From Candidatus Poseidoniales archaeon (GTDB lineage Archaea > Thermoplasmatota > Poseidoniia > Poseidoniales > Poseidoniaceae): a stretch of 64,000 nt of DNA. Numbering within the stretch: position 1 is the stretch's first letter; each line of letters begins with the position of its first letter. Made by a program: the position numbers and the translations under genes. The DNA is taken from positions 1,803 to 65,802 of the forward strand of contig JAYOBT010000004.1 in NCBI GenBank assembly GCA_038105035.1, given 5' to 3'. Positions 27,101 through 34,954 of the stretch are shown one piece after another. Under the pieces are notes generated by a model. That model was not told the origin of the DNA and did no database searches. It saw nothing but the letters and a program-made list of their open reading frames with translations.

Positions 27101-28832
27101 CAATGAGATGCCGACTGCTGCTTTTACGCTTGAGCGCAATGGAACGACAAGCGAGGATTTGATTTTCTTCAATGGAAGCAGTTCAGCCGACCCAGAAAAC
27201 AATCCAGTTTCGTTTGAATGGTGGTCGAATGTGGATGGGACGCTCATGGTTGGTCAAGGCATTGAGAACATCTCTTGGCATGGCCATCTGTCTCGTGGCG
27301 TTCACCAAATTGAGTTGCGTATCACCGACGATCGCATGGACCATGGGGGTCAAATGTCGGTTGTTTCTCAATTGATTACAGTCGACAATTCTGCACCGAG
27401 AGCTGTGATCGAAGAATTGACCATATTCGATGACCTTGACTCGTCCGTTCTGATACCGTTCAGTGCTAATGGGAGCGGTGATTTTGATTCAGCGTGTTTC
27501 ACATTCCCCACCGATGGAACGTGGCACTGTGCAGAAAGCGAACCTGCTGCCGGTTCCGAGTTCTTGCAAATCGATTGGTCGAGCAGCCTTGATGGACGAT
27601 TGACGCCAGAAGACGAAGATTGGCTTACGTTTGAGACTCGACTCTCTGCAGGCGTTCACGACATTACACTGACGTTAAACGATGGCATCAATCCGAATGT
27701 TACGGCAACGAGAACACTCACAGTTGCCGAATCCGCACCAATTCTCGTTCTGGATTCGCCTGTAAATGGTAGTCAATTTGCATCAAGCGACACGATCGTC
27801 ATCGATGCACGAAACAGCGTTGATTACGATGAGGATGAATTTACATTGACCTTGAGAAGTTACGATGATGCATCATCAACGTACATCCCCATCCTAGCCG
27901 GCGTTTCAACAAGCACTGTTCATGAAATTCAGTTGGACGCTGGTCTTCGTGATCTACAAATTGAGTTGGTCGATGCGACTGGAAAATCACGTGTTGAATC
28001 GTTGGAATTGCTTATCGTTCCAAGCGATCCCGAAGCAGTGATTGTTTCACCTACAAATCTCGATTCGGTTGACCCTGGTGCGACCATCGTCTTTGAAGGA
28101 GCATCTTCCGATGCAGATGATGATCTCGTAACAAGAGAATGGCGTCTTCATGTACCTGGTCTACAAACAAGTGTGTTGAGCACACAATCGACCTTCACGC
28201 AAGTCTTCGCTCCTGGTTCGCATCATGTCTCGTTGTACGTACAGGATGCTCGTGGTGCTTCTTCAGAACAACACATCAACTTCACAGTCCGCTCGAGCCT
28301 TCCTGAACTGGTTCAAACCAGTTTGGAACTGTCTCAAACCGAGTTTGTCTCAGATGAGCGAGTCACGCTTGATGTGTCTGTGCAATTGATCGATGCTGAT
28401 GGTACGACAGACGATGTTCGCGTCGACATCGTCCACAACATTCAGACATGGACGTTCAACCTCAGCGATGATGATGGGGATGGCATCTGGACAGGATCAC
28501 TTGAGTTCCAACCTTCAGGTGTAGGACAACCAAGCTTCAAGGTCATAGCGACCGATGGTGAAGGTGACTCAGCAAGCGTCGATATCCTCTATACGCCACT
28601 CAAGGTTGTTGAAGCAGATGGAGGAGGCTTCATGTCAACAGGTGTTCTTGTTGGTGCTGCTGCTCTTGCAGTCCTCGTTGCATTACTCATGACACTTCAA
28701 CGTCGCAGAGCAACTGCTGAAGAAATGAAAATCATTGATTCGTGGGGCGTCTTTGGTGATGGAGCAGTCGAAGAGGATGCATCCGATGAGGAATCCAATG
28801 AAGGCGAAATGTTGGATTGGGATGCCGTTTAG
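24126..28832 (+). CDS. Giant (about 1570 aa) surface protein with a parallel beta-helix (PbH1) region, an Ig/PKD-like domain array and a C-terminal TM anchor
   Basis: Signal FLALSLLLLLLFMSISPVV at ATG 24126. Periodic beta-helix rungs (NVTIFNPDRVGIDMFGNSAPVIRDLHV and others). About 7 Ig-like units beginning at NQPPFLNWTSP. TM helix VLVGAAALAVLVALLMTL followed by QRRR. Confidence 0.8.
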   Translation: MEKKQTFLALSLLLLLLFMSISPVVQPFEVEGDVSETSGRATTTWSGTVTLTSDYFVNVQDELLITSCTSVVLSPGIRIYVDGRLTIQGTSTCPVVLSSSSTTGDHEGIQFNSSSNGRGSTVNHLHIEDAIYGMTLYGSNPILNNVTIFNPDRVGIDMFGNSAPVIRDLHVEQAGRNLPFQNDWRYGIGLSVGDGSTPIVQGAYFTDHLLRGLNLWGASGGLYRDIVMDNISGSILSEAAGVWVEDSVPLFEDLSIDKSDTGIIVRHIDDSGYTRAVFRDVEISNSMYRGVYLDKNNHTNYTNYETADFTNLTVRGTGSSGATSPGIAFAAIEINATGAWMENVLVDDASSVGVRLFFVDSTTTLRNMTIRDAGEAGQGAHSAGLSIQTSYFAAHLEEIEISGSPGPGIHSSSGGSLQGHDWHLHNNSEQGLYIDSATVVVDGLSSSDNGFSAAHVFDARYVTFSNVTSTNDGSLGSNAMEQAGLSYQKSNDLETTSGDVTCMNCHVEASQGHGVYVIDSVDLWLDNLSITDIDTTLPAMYVDNGGLTLGTQGGRFNVINANIDHESLTQPALYIEQAAGNIDGLTLQGNHNGIYWDADHNGNFPSTLSNTEFVGTDCLKLVNHPDLGGYGNTIGTDCTGRVWIENSDVNFSNLADASGAHVLDLDASSVLHLHQPNNVDLTMANIPSGAVIDVAWDVTVWVVNNRSNGIPNAYANVSFTQFEPSVSEFTNDLGVVELTDFIGQRWTNSGASAINDVTVECGYDSESNTTTVSFDGDKVMYCVLELDNQPPFLNWTSPMDGDVFPSQGQVLFDAQESWDLDDDPLTLTWTSSLDGVISSAQSTAPFSVNDGVSGMTLSDGIHDLTLEVCDDAGHCVSETRTIELTNLAPELNVSFVPGLTQWNELIMPQTGTVSINTTGTFDPEGDDFACLITFGGYNRQGSGWGNHYVCPELLTYTFDHYADDPPASFFLNVVAFDEVGNSDTYTVEVKLYNEMPTAAFTLERNGTTSEDLIFFNGSSSADPENNPVSFEWWSNVDGTLMVGQGIENISWHGHLSRGVHQIELRITDDRMDHGGQMSVVSQLITVDNSAPRAVIEELTIFDDLDSSVLIPFSANGSGDFDSACFTFPTDGTWHCAESEPAAGSEFLQIDWSSSLDGRLTPEDEDWLTFETRLSAGVHDITLTLNDGINPNVTATRTLTVAESAPILVLDSPVNGSQFASSDTIVIDARNSVDYDEDEFTLTLRSYDDASSTYIPILAGVSTSTVHEIQLDAGLRDLQIELVDATGKSRVESLELLIVPSDPEAVIVSPTNLDSVDPGATIVFEGASSDADDDLVTREWRLHVPGLQTSVLSTQSTFTQVFAPGSHHVSLYVQDARGASSEQHINFTVRSSLPELVQTSLELSQTEFVSDERVTLDVSVQLIDADGTTDDVRVDIVHNIQTWTFNLSDDDGDGIWTGSLEFQPSGVGQPSFKVIATDGEGDSASVDILYTPLKVVEADGGGFMSTGVLVGAAALAVLVALLMTLQRRRATAEEMKIIDSWGVFGDGAVEEDASDEESNEGEMLDWDAV

Positions 28833-28838
28833 TCTCCA

Positions 28839-28844
28839 TTTTTT
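28839..28844 (+). terminator. Oligo-T tract (T6) directly after the stop of the beta-helix gene; archaeal-type terminator candidate
   Basis: TAG at 28830..28832, then ccaTTTTTTg. Confidence 0.3.
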
Positions 28845-28857
28845 GTCGGCCATACAG

Positions 28858-28864
28858 TAAAATA
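28858..28864 (+). promoter_or_regulatory. TATA-like box (TAAAATA) about 26 nt upstream of ATG 28887
   Basis: Spacing is consistent with a leaderless transcript. Confidence 0.3.
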
Positions 28865-28886
28865 CGAATCATTCTCATGTCGGCTC

Positions 28887-31148
28887 ATGAGAAAAGCGCT
28901 CGCTCTTGTCCTCACCAGCCTTTTGATTGCAACAACCCTTCCAACAAATGTTGCTGCAGATGAACCAGAACCCATTGCCTGGGGCATTGAATACGATTAT
29001 TCGAATCTGAACACAGACATCGCATCGATGATTGGAATCGACTTGCAGGAAGTCTTCTCAGAGGTTATGGCAGCAGGAGACGATTCAGGATTGGATCTCC
29101 TCATCGGAAGCGTTACCAGTGGTTCAACCACCATCGTCTTCGAACAATACGACGGGCCATTGACCACGTTGGATGTCGACGGAACGCCAACTGATTTCTC
29201 AACCAAGATGACAGAACTTACTGTACGTCACGGTCTGTTGGACGATTTCGCTGTTCACTCCGAGTGGAGCGACTCTTACGGCGGAATCGATCTCACAATC
29301 GGTTACGATGCTGAGCAATTGTTCAATGCTGACGTCCTCTACACGGAGTATTTCGACTCCGCAATGGGTCTTCATGGAATGGACATGGAAATGGATGTTG
29401 AAGCCATGATTGAGTACAACGTGGGCGTCACAGGAGAGATTTCTGGTGATGGAGAAACACTGCCATTCGACATTGATTTCACCATTGGTACTTCATTTGA
29501 TATCAACAACGGATTGCTTGAAGTGCGCATGGCTGACTCTTCCCCACTCTTCACTGAGATGGAAGGTTTGCAACCAGGGCAAGAACTGACATGGGAATGT
29601 GGTTCAGAGGATAGCTATGTTGATTCGTCATTGGATGGAGTCCACATTACAGATGTCTGCTCGGAACACAACATCCATTACGAAACCGAGACATCGGTAC
29701 TGTTCGAACTCACCGGAATCCCGACCGAAGAGCTCGGTCTTCCTGCAGGCGATTTCGACTTCACGATTTCTGATACTGTCACCGACATGTACGATGGTGA
29801 AGTTGACCTCTTCTTCATGGGGGGGGCAATGGAACTACTTGATGAGCCAACACAAATGATCACCATCGATGATGGAAGCACCATCGAAGTTCACCAAGCG
29901 TATGCGTCCCCGACTCCACTTGCCTTCCCAGCAATGTGGGCTATGATGTGGGCCAACTCCGTTGTTGGTAGTGGAGATTACCCAGGAATTGTCGATGCTC
30001 TTCTCAGCGACGAAAACTTCGAAGAAATTTTCGGCGATTGGGCTGATGAGTTATCAGAAGATGATGACGAGGACTACTTCGTTTGTGCCAACCTCAATGA
30101 AATCCCGTACGAGTATGTTGAGGACGGTTACGATGACTGCGGCGACAACTCCGATGAAGAGTTCGTTTGCGACGATGGAGATGTCATCCCCGGAGGCTGG
30201 GTCAATGATGGATGGGAGGATTGCACAAACGGTGAAGATGAAACCAACGAGCAAGAAGAATCTGTTTATGTCTATGTTTACATGAACGGTGCAAGCGAAT
30301 CAGAAATGAACTTTGATTACGAAGTGCAGGGCATGGAATACGATGAGAATTACGAGATTTCTTGGACAGTCACCGATGATGAAGGAACCACATCCGATGC
30401 AGGTTCCACTGCCGTTACAGATGGATCCTACAGTTCGTACGACAGTGCCAACGCTGAAATTAACGGCTTTGGCGAGTATTGTGTCGACATCGAAGTCACT
30501 CGATTGAGCGATAGTGAAGTTATTGGTACCCAACAAGAATGCGACTCAGTTTCACAAGAGATGGAACCGAGTGAACGACTTGTGACCATTGTCGAAGCAC
30601 TTGCAGAATCGACACTGGACAACACCATGGAATCCTTTGGACAAAACCTCGAAAATCGTTTGTCCAACTTCGAGGATGATTATGATGTTGCATACGAAGA
30701 TGGAATGGTCTATGCATTGTACGATGATTCAACCAACCGTTTCGTTGGTTTCCAATTGGTTGCATCACCAGGTGGCACACAGTGGTACACACTCATCGGA
30801 CCAGATAGCACAGCATACGGAACTCCACAGCGAGCAGTCTCTGTCACCTACTTCACTGGAATTGAAGCGGTTGAGGAAGCTCAAGAAATTGAAGACCAAA
30901 CCGATTTGAGCGACCTCGTCGATGTTACACAACACAACACCGAAGATGTTGAAGCAGTCAACGAAGGTATTGATCCTGCTACGCTCCCTGAAGAGCCAAA
31001 CAATGAAGAAGCCGAAGAAGAGGTATCTGAAGAGACCTCAGATGAAGATCTATCCACGCTTCTTCCGTTCCTCTCACCAGTAACCACTCTGGCGATGATT
31101 GCACTTGCAGGAATGTTTGTATCAATCCGTTCGAAGGACGAAGAATGA
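28887..31148 (+). CDS. Secreted, very acidic 753-aa protein with two minimal LDL-receptor-class-A-like modules and a C-terminal TM anchor
   Basis: Signal LALVLTSLLIATTLPTNVAA. LDLa-like pair at 30078..30242. TM helix VTTLAMIALAGMFVSI followed by RSKDEE. Confidence 0.7.
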   Translation: MRKALALVLTSLLIATTLPTNVAADEPEPIAWGIEYDYSNLNTDIASMIGIDLQEVFSEVMAAGDDSGLDLLIGSVTSGSTTIVFEQYDGPLTTLDVDGTPTDFSTKMTELTVRHGLLDDFAVHSEWSDSYGGIDLTIGYDAEQLFNADVLYTEYFDSAMGLHGMDMEMDVEAMIEYNVGVTGEISGDGETLPFDIDFTIGTSFDINNGLLEVRMADSSPLFTEMEGLQPGQELTWECGSEDSYVDSSLDGVHITDVCSEHNIHYETETSVLFELTGIPTEELGLPAGDFDFTISDTVTDMYDGEVDLFFMGGAMELLDEPTQMITIDDGSTIEVHQAYASPTPLAFPAMWAMMWANSVVGSGDYPGIVDALLSDENFEEIFGDWADELSEDDDEDYFVCANLNEIPYEYVEDGYDDCGDNSDEEFVCDDGDVIPGGWVNDGWEDCTNGEDETNEQEESVYVYVYMNGASESEMNFDYEVQGMEYDENYEISWTVTDDEGTTSDAGSTAVTDGSYSSYDSANAEINGFGEYCVDIEVTRLSDSEVIGTQQECDSVSQEMEPSERLVTIVEALAESTLDNTMESFGQNLENRLSNFEDDYDVAYEDGMVYALYDDSTNRFVGFQLVASPGGTQWYTLIGPDSTAYGTPQRAVSVTYFTGIEAVEEAQEIEDQTDLSDLVDVTQHNTEDVEAVNEGIDPATLPEEPNNEEAEEEVSEETSDEDLSTLLPFLSPVTTLAMIALAGMFVSIRSKDEE
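30078..30242 (+). other. Tandem LDLa-like Ca-cage modules (F-x-C-x(5-6)-IP-x(3)-V-x-DG-x2-DC-x-[DN]-x-[SE]-DE)
   Basis: The two modules are FVCANLNEIPYEYVEDGYDDCGDNSDEE and FVCDDGDVIPGGWVNDGWEDCTNGEDE. Confidence 0.5.
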
Positions 31149-32077
31149 GCGAAGCAACGGGTGACGAACCCATTGCTCGCTGGCGAGTTATCGCTAGCCT
31201 CACGCTTATCCTTCAGATTGTGATTCTGCTCTCACTGAAATCCGCTCTTGAAGAAGATTCGTGGTTTGTCGGTACGCTTTCAACAACCGTAGAAGATGGC
31301 CCTCTTTCGCTTGAAGGTGTTTCAGTCAACGTCACCATCGACATGCAGAACGACCAAGATGACTTGAGCATCGAATTGTTCGGGCCTCTTCGAATCAGCC
31401 AGTGGCAGGATGAGCGAGATGATCGAGCTGCTTTGTCGGAGCAAGAAATCGAAGAATATGATGAAAATCTCAATGAAGCCTTTTCATCACCTTCTCCTAG
31501 TACTGTGAAATCAACAACATTCACGATGATTTACATCAGCATCGGCCTTACTGCACTTCTTTTGGTCTTGATTTGCATGGACTTAAAAAAACAAGCAAGT
31601 GAAATCAAACGAACCGTTGTTCGACGTTTTATCTCATTCGCTTCGTTCACAAGCGTCCTCAGTGTCTTGGTTCTGATTCTCTTCGTCCTCCCTGCATCAT
31701 GGTTTGCTACGGTTGCTGATGATCCTCAAAATTTCAGCGATAGTCGAGACAATGTAGCGTTTCTTGCCCATGCTGAATTTTCTTCAACATCAAACCTTGG
31801 TTTGGATGGATTTAATTTGGAATTCGAGGTCAGTGGCTACGATATAGGGATGGTCCGTCCTGCGAACCGCTCAGCCGTTGAATCCGTTCCTCCTCAGCCG
31901 ACGAGCCCTGATGCTGAATCATTCATTGCCATAAGCGGGGATCTGCGAACAGAAACGCCTCCATACGTTTCTGAGATGGTGTATTTTTGGCTCGTTTTGT
32001 GGGTACTTGTGCCTCTTGCTTTGGTGATTCAACAGCGTGTAGCAATCGATTCTCGCCTTGGAAGTTTGAAGAAATAA
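31145..32077 (+). CDS. Hypothetical polytopic membrane protein, translationally coupled (ATGA) to the upstream gene
   Basis: At least 4 hydrophobic helices. No family recognised. Confidence 0.55.
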   Translation: MSEATGDEPIARWRVIASLTLILQIVILLSLKSALEEDSWFVGTLSTTVEDGPLSLEGVSVNVTIDMQNDQDDLSIELFGPLRISQWQDERDDRAALSEQEIEEYDENLNEAFSSPSPSTVKSTTFTMIYISIGLTALLLVLICMDLKKQASEIKRTVVRRFISFASFTSVLSVLVLILFVLPASWFATVADDPQNFSDSRDNVAFLAHAEFSSTSNLGLDGFNLEFEVSGYDIGMVRPANRSAVESVPPQPTSPDAESFIAISGDLRTETPPYVSEMVYFWLVLWVLVPLALVIQQRVAIDSRLGSLKK

Positions 32078-32082
32078 GTCAA

Positions 32083-32874
32083 TCATTGCTGTTCTGGCAA
32101 TGTATCATTCAAACTGTCTGGGTTGTCCTCAAGTGGACCCCATTCCGTTCTTGTTTTGTGGAGGCCAAATCGCTTTGCATAGAGGAATCGAAGGTTTTTC
32201 CAGCCATCGCCCCACGTGTGTATCTCAGCTTCACCAACACGTTCTCGGTATGGTACGGAGATTTCGATGGCTTTCTTCCGACCAAGATGCTTGCGTGCAA
32301 GGATTTTGATTTCTTCAGATAGAGGCATTCCGTCATTGGTTGGGCGCATCTTAGGATTGTCAAAAACCGACTTACGGAACACCCACATGCCCGATTGAGA
32401 ATCTTTGATTCCATAACCGAAGAGGAGTCGAGCGTTGAAGGAGAGAACCCAGTTACCAAATCCATGGAGACCAGACATCGATCCGTCTTCTGCCATGCTG
32501 AGGCGATCGCATGTGATGAAATCGAGATCATCATCGAGGAGTCGCTTCACCAATTCAGGAATCAACTCTGCAGGATAGGTACAGTCTGCGTCCATGGTCA
32601 CAATGATGTCGTTTGAAGCGACGACGAATCCTGTTCGATAGGCTCGACCGTAGCCTTTCCGTGGTTCAAGGTGGACGCGAACGTCTTTCTCAAGAGCGAT
32701 TTCTCTGGTTCGGTCTGTTGATGAACCATCGACGATCATGATTTCAAGCGATTCACACCAATCTCGGGGAATGGCGTCAACGGTTGCACCGAGTGCTTCC
32801 TCTTCGTTCCGAGTAGGAAGAAGAACAGTGACAGAGACTGGTAAGACCTCGTCCATGATGCAACCACCTGTCAT
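32083..32874 (-). CDS. Family 2 glycosyltransferase (dolichyl-phosphate sugar synthase-like)
   Basis: VSVTVLLPTRNEEEALGATV...IMIVDGSSTDRT...TMDADCTYP contains the GT2 DxD. Alternative starts are TTG 32898 and ATG 32856. Confidence 0.78.
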   Translation of the reverse strand: MTGGCIMDEVLPVSVTVLLPTRNEEEALGATVDAIPRDWCESLEIMIVDGSSTDRTREIALEKDVRVHLEPRKGYGRAYRTGFVVASNDIIVTMDADCTYPAELIPELVKRLLDDDLDFITCDRLSMAEDGSMSGLHGFGNWVLSFNARLLFGYGIKDSQSGMWVFRKSVFDNPKMRPTNDGMPLSEEIKILARKHLGRKKAIEISVPYRERVGEAEIHTWGDGWKNLRFLYAKRFGLHKTRTEWGPLEDNPDSLNDTLPEQQ

Positions 32875-32909
32875 GAGGGTTTCAATGCATTGCCTCAACG
32901 GTCAAAGGT

Positions 32910-33902
32910 TCACGACCATCGGGCACGTAGACGGCGGAGTGAAAGTTTTGCAGCAAGACGAATCTTTCTCCACTTGGATAAGGAGGGGCGTTTGCTAAAG
33001 ACATCACCCGATCGTCGTACAATTTCATGGAAAATAGCATCGTATGCTTCGCACATCAGTTGCGGCTGCAATCGAGACTTCGAATCTAAATATTCGAACA
33101 GGTGTTGAGCAGATTCTTGATGCCTTCGAACGATTTCGATGTATTCTTGGACGAACGACTTCCAACGATGATTGGTTCCAAATTCAGTGTTACCAAGTTC
33201 AGTGATGTCGATGTTGTATTCACTCAATGCATTGATTGGAAGGTAAATTCGACCGCTTCGATAATCTTCAGAAACGTCTCGTAGGATGTTGATTAATTGC
33301 AATTGAATCCCCATGTCAATAGCGTGTATTCTCGCTCCTGCATCTTCGCAGCCATAGATTTCGATCAGTACGAGTCCAACTGCTGAGGCTACTTTGTAAC
33401 AGTATGCACGAACTTCGTCCCAGGTTTTGTGACGAACTTCAAACAAATCGTCTTCCATTCCTTCAATAATTGTTTCAAAATCTGTGAGGCGAACTGGAAA
33501 TTCCTTGAACACTTCATTGATGGCTATGAAAATCGCTTCGTCTTGGGTAGCGGATTCATCACCTGCGAACAAACGTGTTAGTCGTTCCTTTGCATCAACA
33601 AGTGCCATCAAACGGTATCTGTGTTCTTCTGGAGCGTTGTTCATGGCCGTTTGATGGATGCTCTGAAGAAGTTCATCACGCTCATCAACGAGTTTGTTGA
33701 GGGCTTCGGATTCTTGAACAAATGGCCGAGAGTCTCCATCAGCAATATCGTCAAGGTAACGACACAAGGCGTAGACTGCGTGGACAGCCCGTCGCTTTTG
33801 GAAAGGTAGCGCAGAGAAACTGGCATAGAATGTTGACGAGGCACGACGGCAGATTTCCTCACATTCGAGGAATGCGTTCTCAATCAATTCCGCTTTGTTC
33901 AT
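32910..33902 (-). CDS. crtB: Phytoene synthase
   Basis: SSTFYASFSALPFQKRRAVHAVYALCRYLDDIADG and ILRDVSEDYRSGRIYLP signatures. ATG 33902, with an upstream TTG at 33917 as an alternative. Confidence 0.9.
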   Translation of the reverse strand: MNKAELIENAFLECEEICRRASSTFYASFSALPFQKRRAVHAVYALCRYLDDIADGDSRPFVQESEALNKLVDERDELLQSIHQTAMNNAPEEHRYRLMALVDAKERLTRLFAGDESATQDEAIFIAINEVFKEFPVRLTDFETIIEGMEDDLFEVRHKTWDEVRAYCYKVASAVGLVLIEIYGCEDAGARIHAIDMGIQLQLINILRDVSEDYRSGRIYLPINALSEYNIDITELGNTEFGTNHRWKSFVQEYIEIVRRHQESAQHLFEYLDSKSRLQPQLMCEAYDAIFHEIVRRSGDVFSKRPSLSKWRKIRLAAKLSLRRLRARWS

Positions 33903-33929
33903 ATTCACAAACCCCAATTCTTCCAGTTA

Positions 33930-34382
33930 TCAATGCGTGTTGTTACGCTTGTTCGTCTGCATCGTGATGAAATGGATTGCGAGTCCAACAGGCATGAGCA
34001 TAACGCCAAACAGGATTGCGACTTGTGCAGCCGTTTTGTTGATTTCTGTCTCAACACTACGCTTCCAAATCCACCTGGTGACGATAATGTCGCCAATCAC
34101 GAAGTGCGTCCATGCGAGGACAGCGCCATCGTCTGTACCGAGGACATCAGCTAAGCCAGATACAATACCGCTCAATGAACCGTCTCCGATCATATCACTG
34201 AGAGCACCAAGATTCATTGCGAGAACGATGAGGTAAGCAATCAACGGTCCAAGGACAAACCATGGTCCATCCATCCATTTCTTGGTGCGTTCTGCATAAG
34301 GCTGGAGGAGCATAAGCATCCAGAACGGACCAACCCACATCGATGCTGAGAAAAAGGCAACAAGAAGCATCGTTTCAACCAT
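33930..34382 (-). CDS. ABA4-like / DUF4281 family membrane protein
   Basis: About 150 aa, 4 helices, with AWTHFVIGDIIVTRWIW resembling the family motif W-x-H-x4-D-L-F-x-G-R-W. TGATG overlap with the upstream gene. Confidence 0.55.
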   Translation of the reverse strand: MVETMLLVAFFSASMWVGPFWMLMLLQPYAERTKKWMDGPWFVLGPLIAYLIVLAMNLGALSDMIGDGSLSGIVSGLADVLGTDDGAVLAWTHFVIGDIIVTRWIWKRSVETEINKTAAQVAILFGVMLMPVGLAIHFITMQTNKRNNTH

Positions 34383-34945
34383 CAAATCACCTTGTCATAC
34401 GCTCGTTCAATCTCAGCAACGGAGTTTTCGTCCGGATAGTAGGTGTCGCTTTCCCATTGGATGACACCGTTCTGATCGATGAGGAACAATGCAGGGGTTC
34501 CAGGGAGACCGTAGTACTCGAAGATGGATTGACTCAAGTTGGCCTGGTCTTCGATGCGTTGAATTGAATCACCGTCGGTCGGGAGAACAATCGGCCATGG
34601 TGTGTAGTGGTTGCTGTCGGTGAAACCGAATTCTTCTGCAACATCTTCTTCGGTTTCAAAATTGAGGTATCGCTCCACAGAGACGATTTGCAGAGGTGGA
34701 TCTTGAGCCATCCAGTCGTTGTGATGCTCTCGCAAGTCGTCGGTCCAATCTTTGCAACCAATGCAACCAACGCCAATGAAAAGCACCAAAACAGGACCTT
34801 CACTGAGGTTGTCTTTCATCGAGTACATCGGCCCAGCATCTTCTGGTCGATCGAGTGTTTCAACTGTAAAAACTCGTCCGTCTTCAGTCGTAGATTCAAG
34901 ACAACCCGACAAAAGCAGAAGAAGCACAAGGGCCACGAATCGCAC
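34382..34945 (-). CDS. Thioredoxin-fold thiol:disulfide oxidoreductase (TlpA/ResA-like), putative lipoprotein
   Basis: Lipobox-like LLLSGC after a hydrophobic N-terminus. CxxC = CIGC. GTG start. Confidence 0.68.
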   Translation of the reverse strand: MRFVALVLLLLLSGCLESTTEDGRVFTVETLDRPEDAGPMYSMKDNLSEGPVLVLFIGVGCIGCKDWTDDLREHHNDWMAQDPPLQIVSVERYLNFETEEDVAEEFGFTDSNHYTPWPIVLPTDGDSIQRIEDQANLSQSIFEYYGLPGTPALFLIDQNGVIQWESDTYYPDENSVAEIERAYDKVI

Positions 34946-34954
34946 GCTTCTCCC

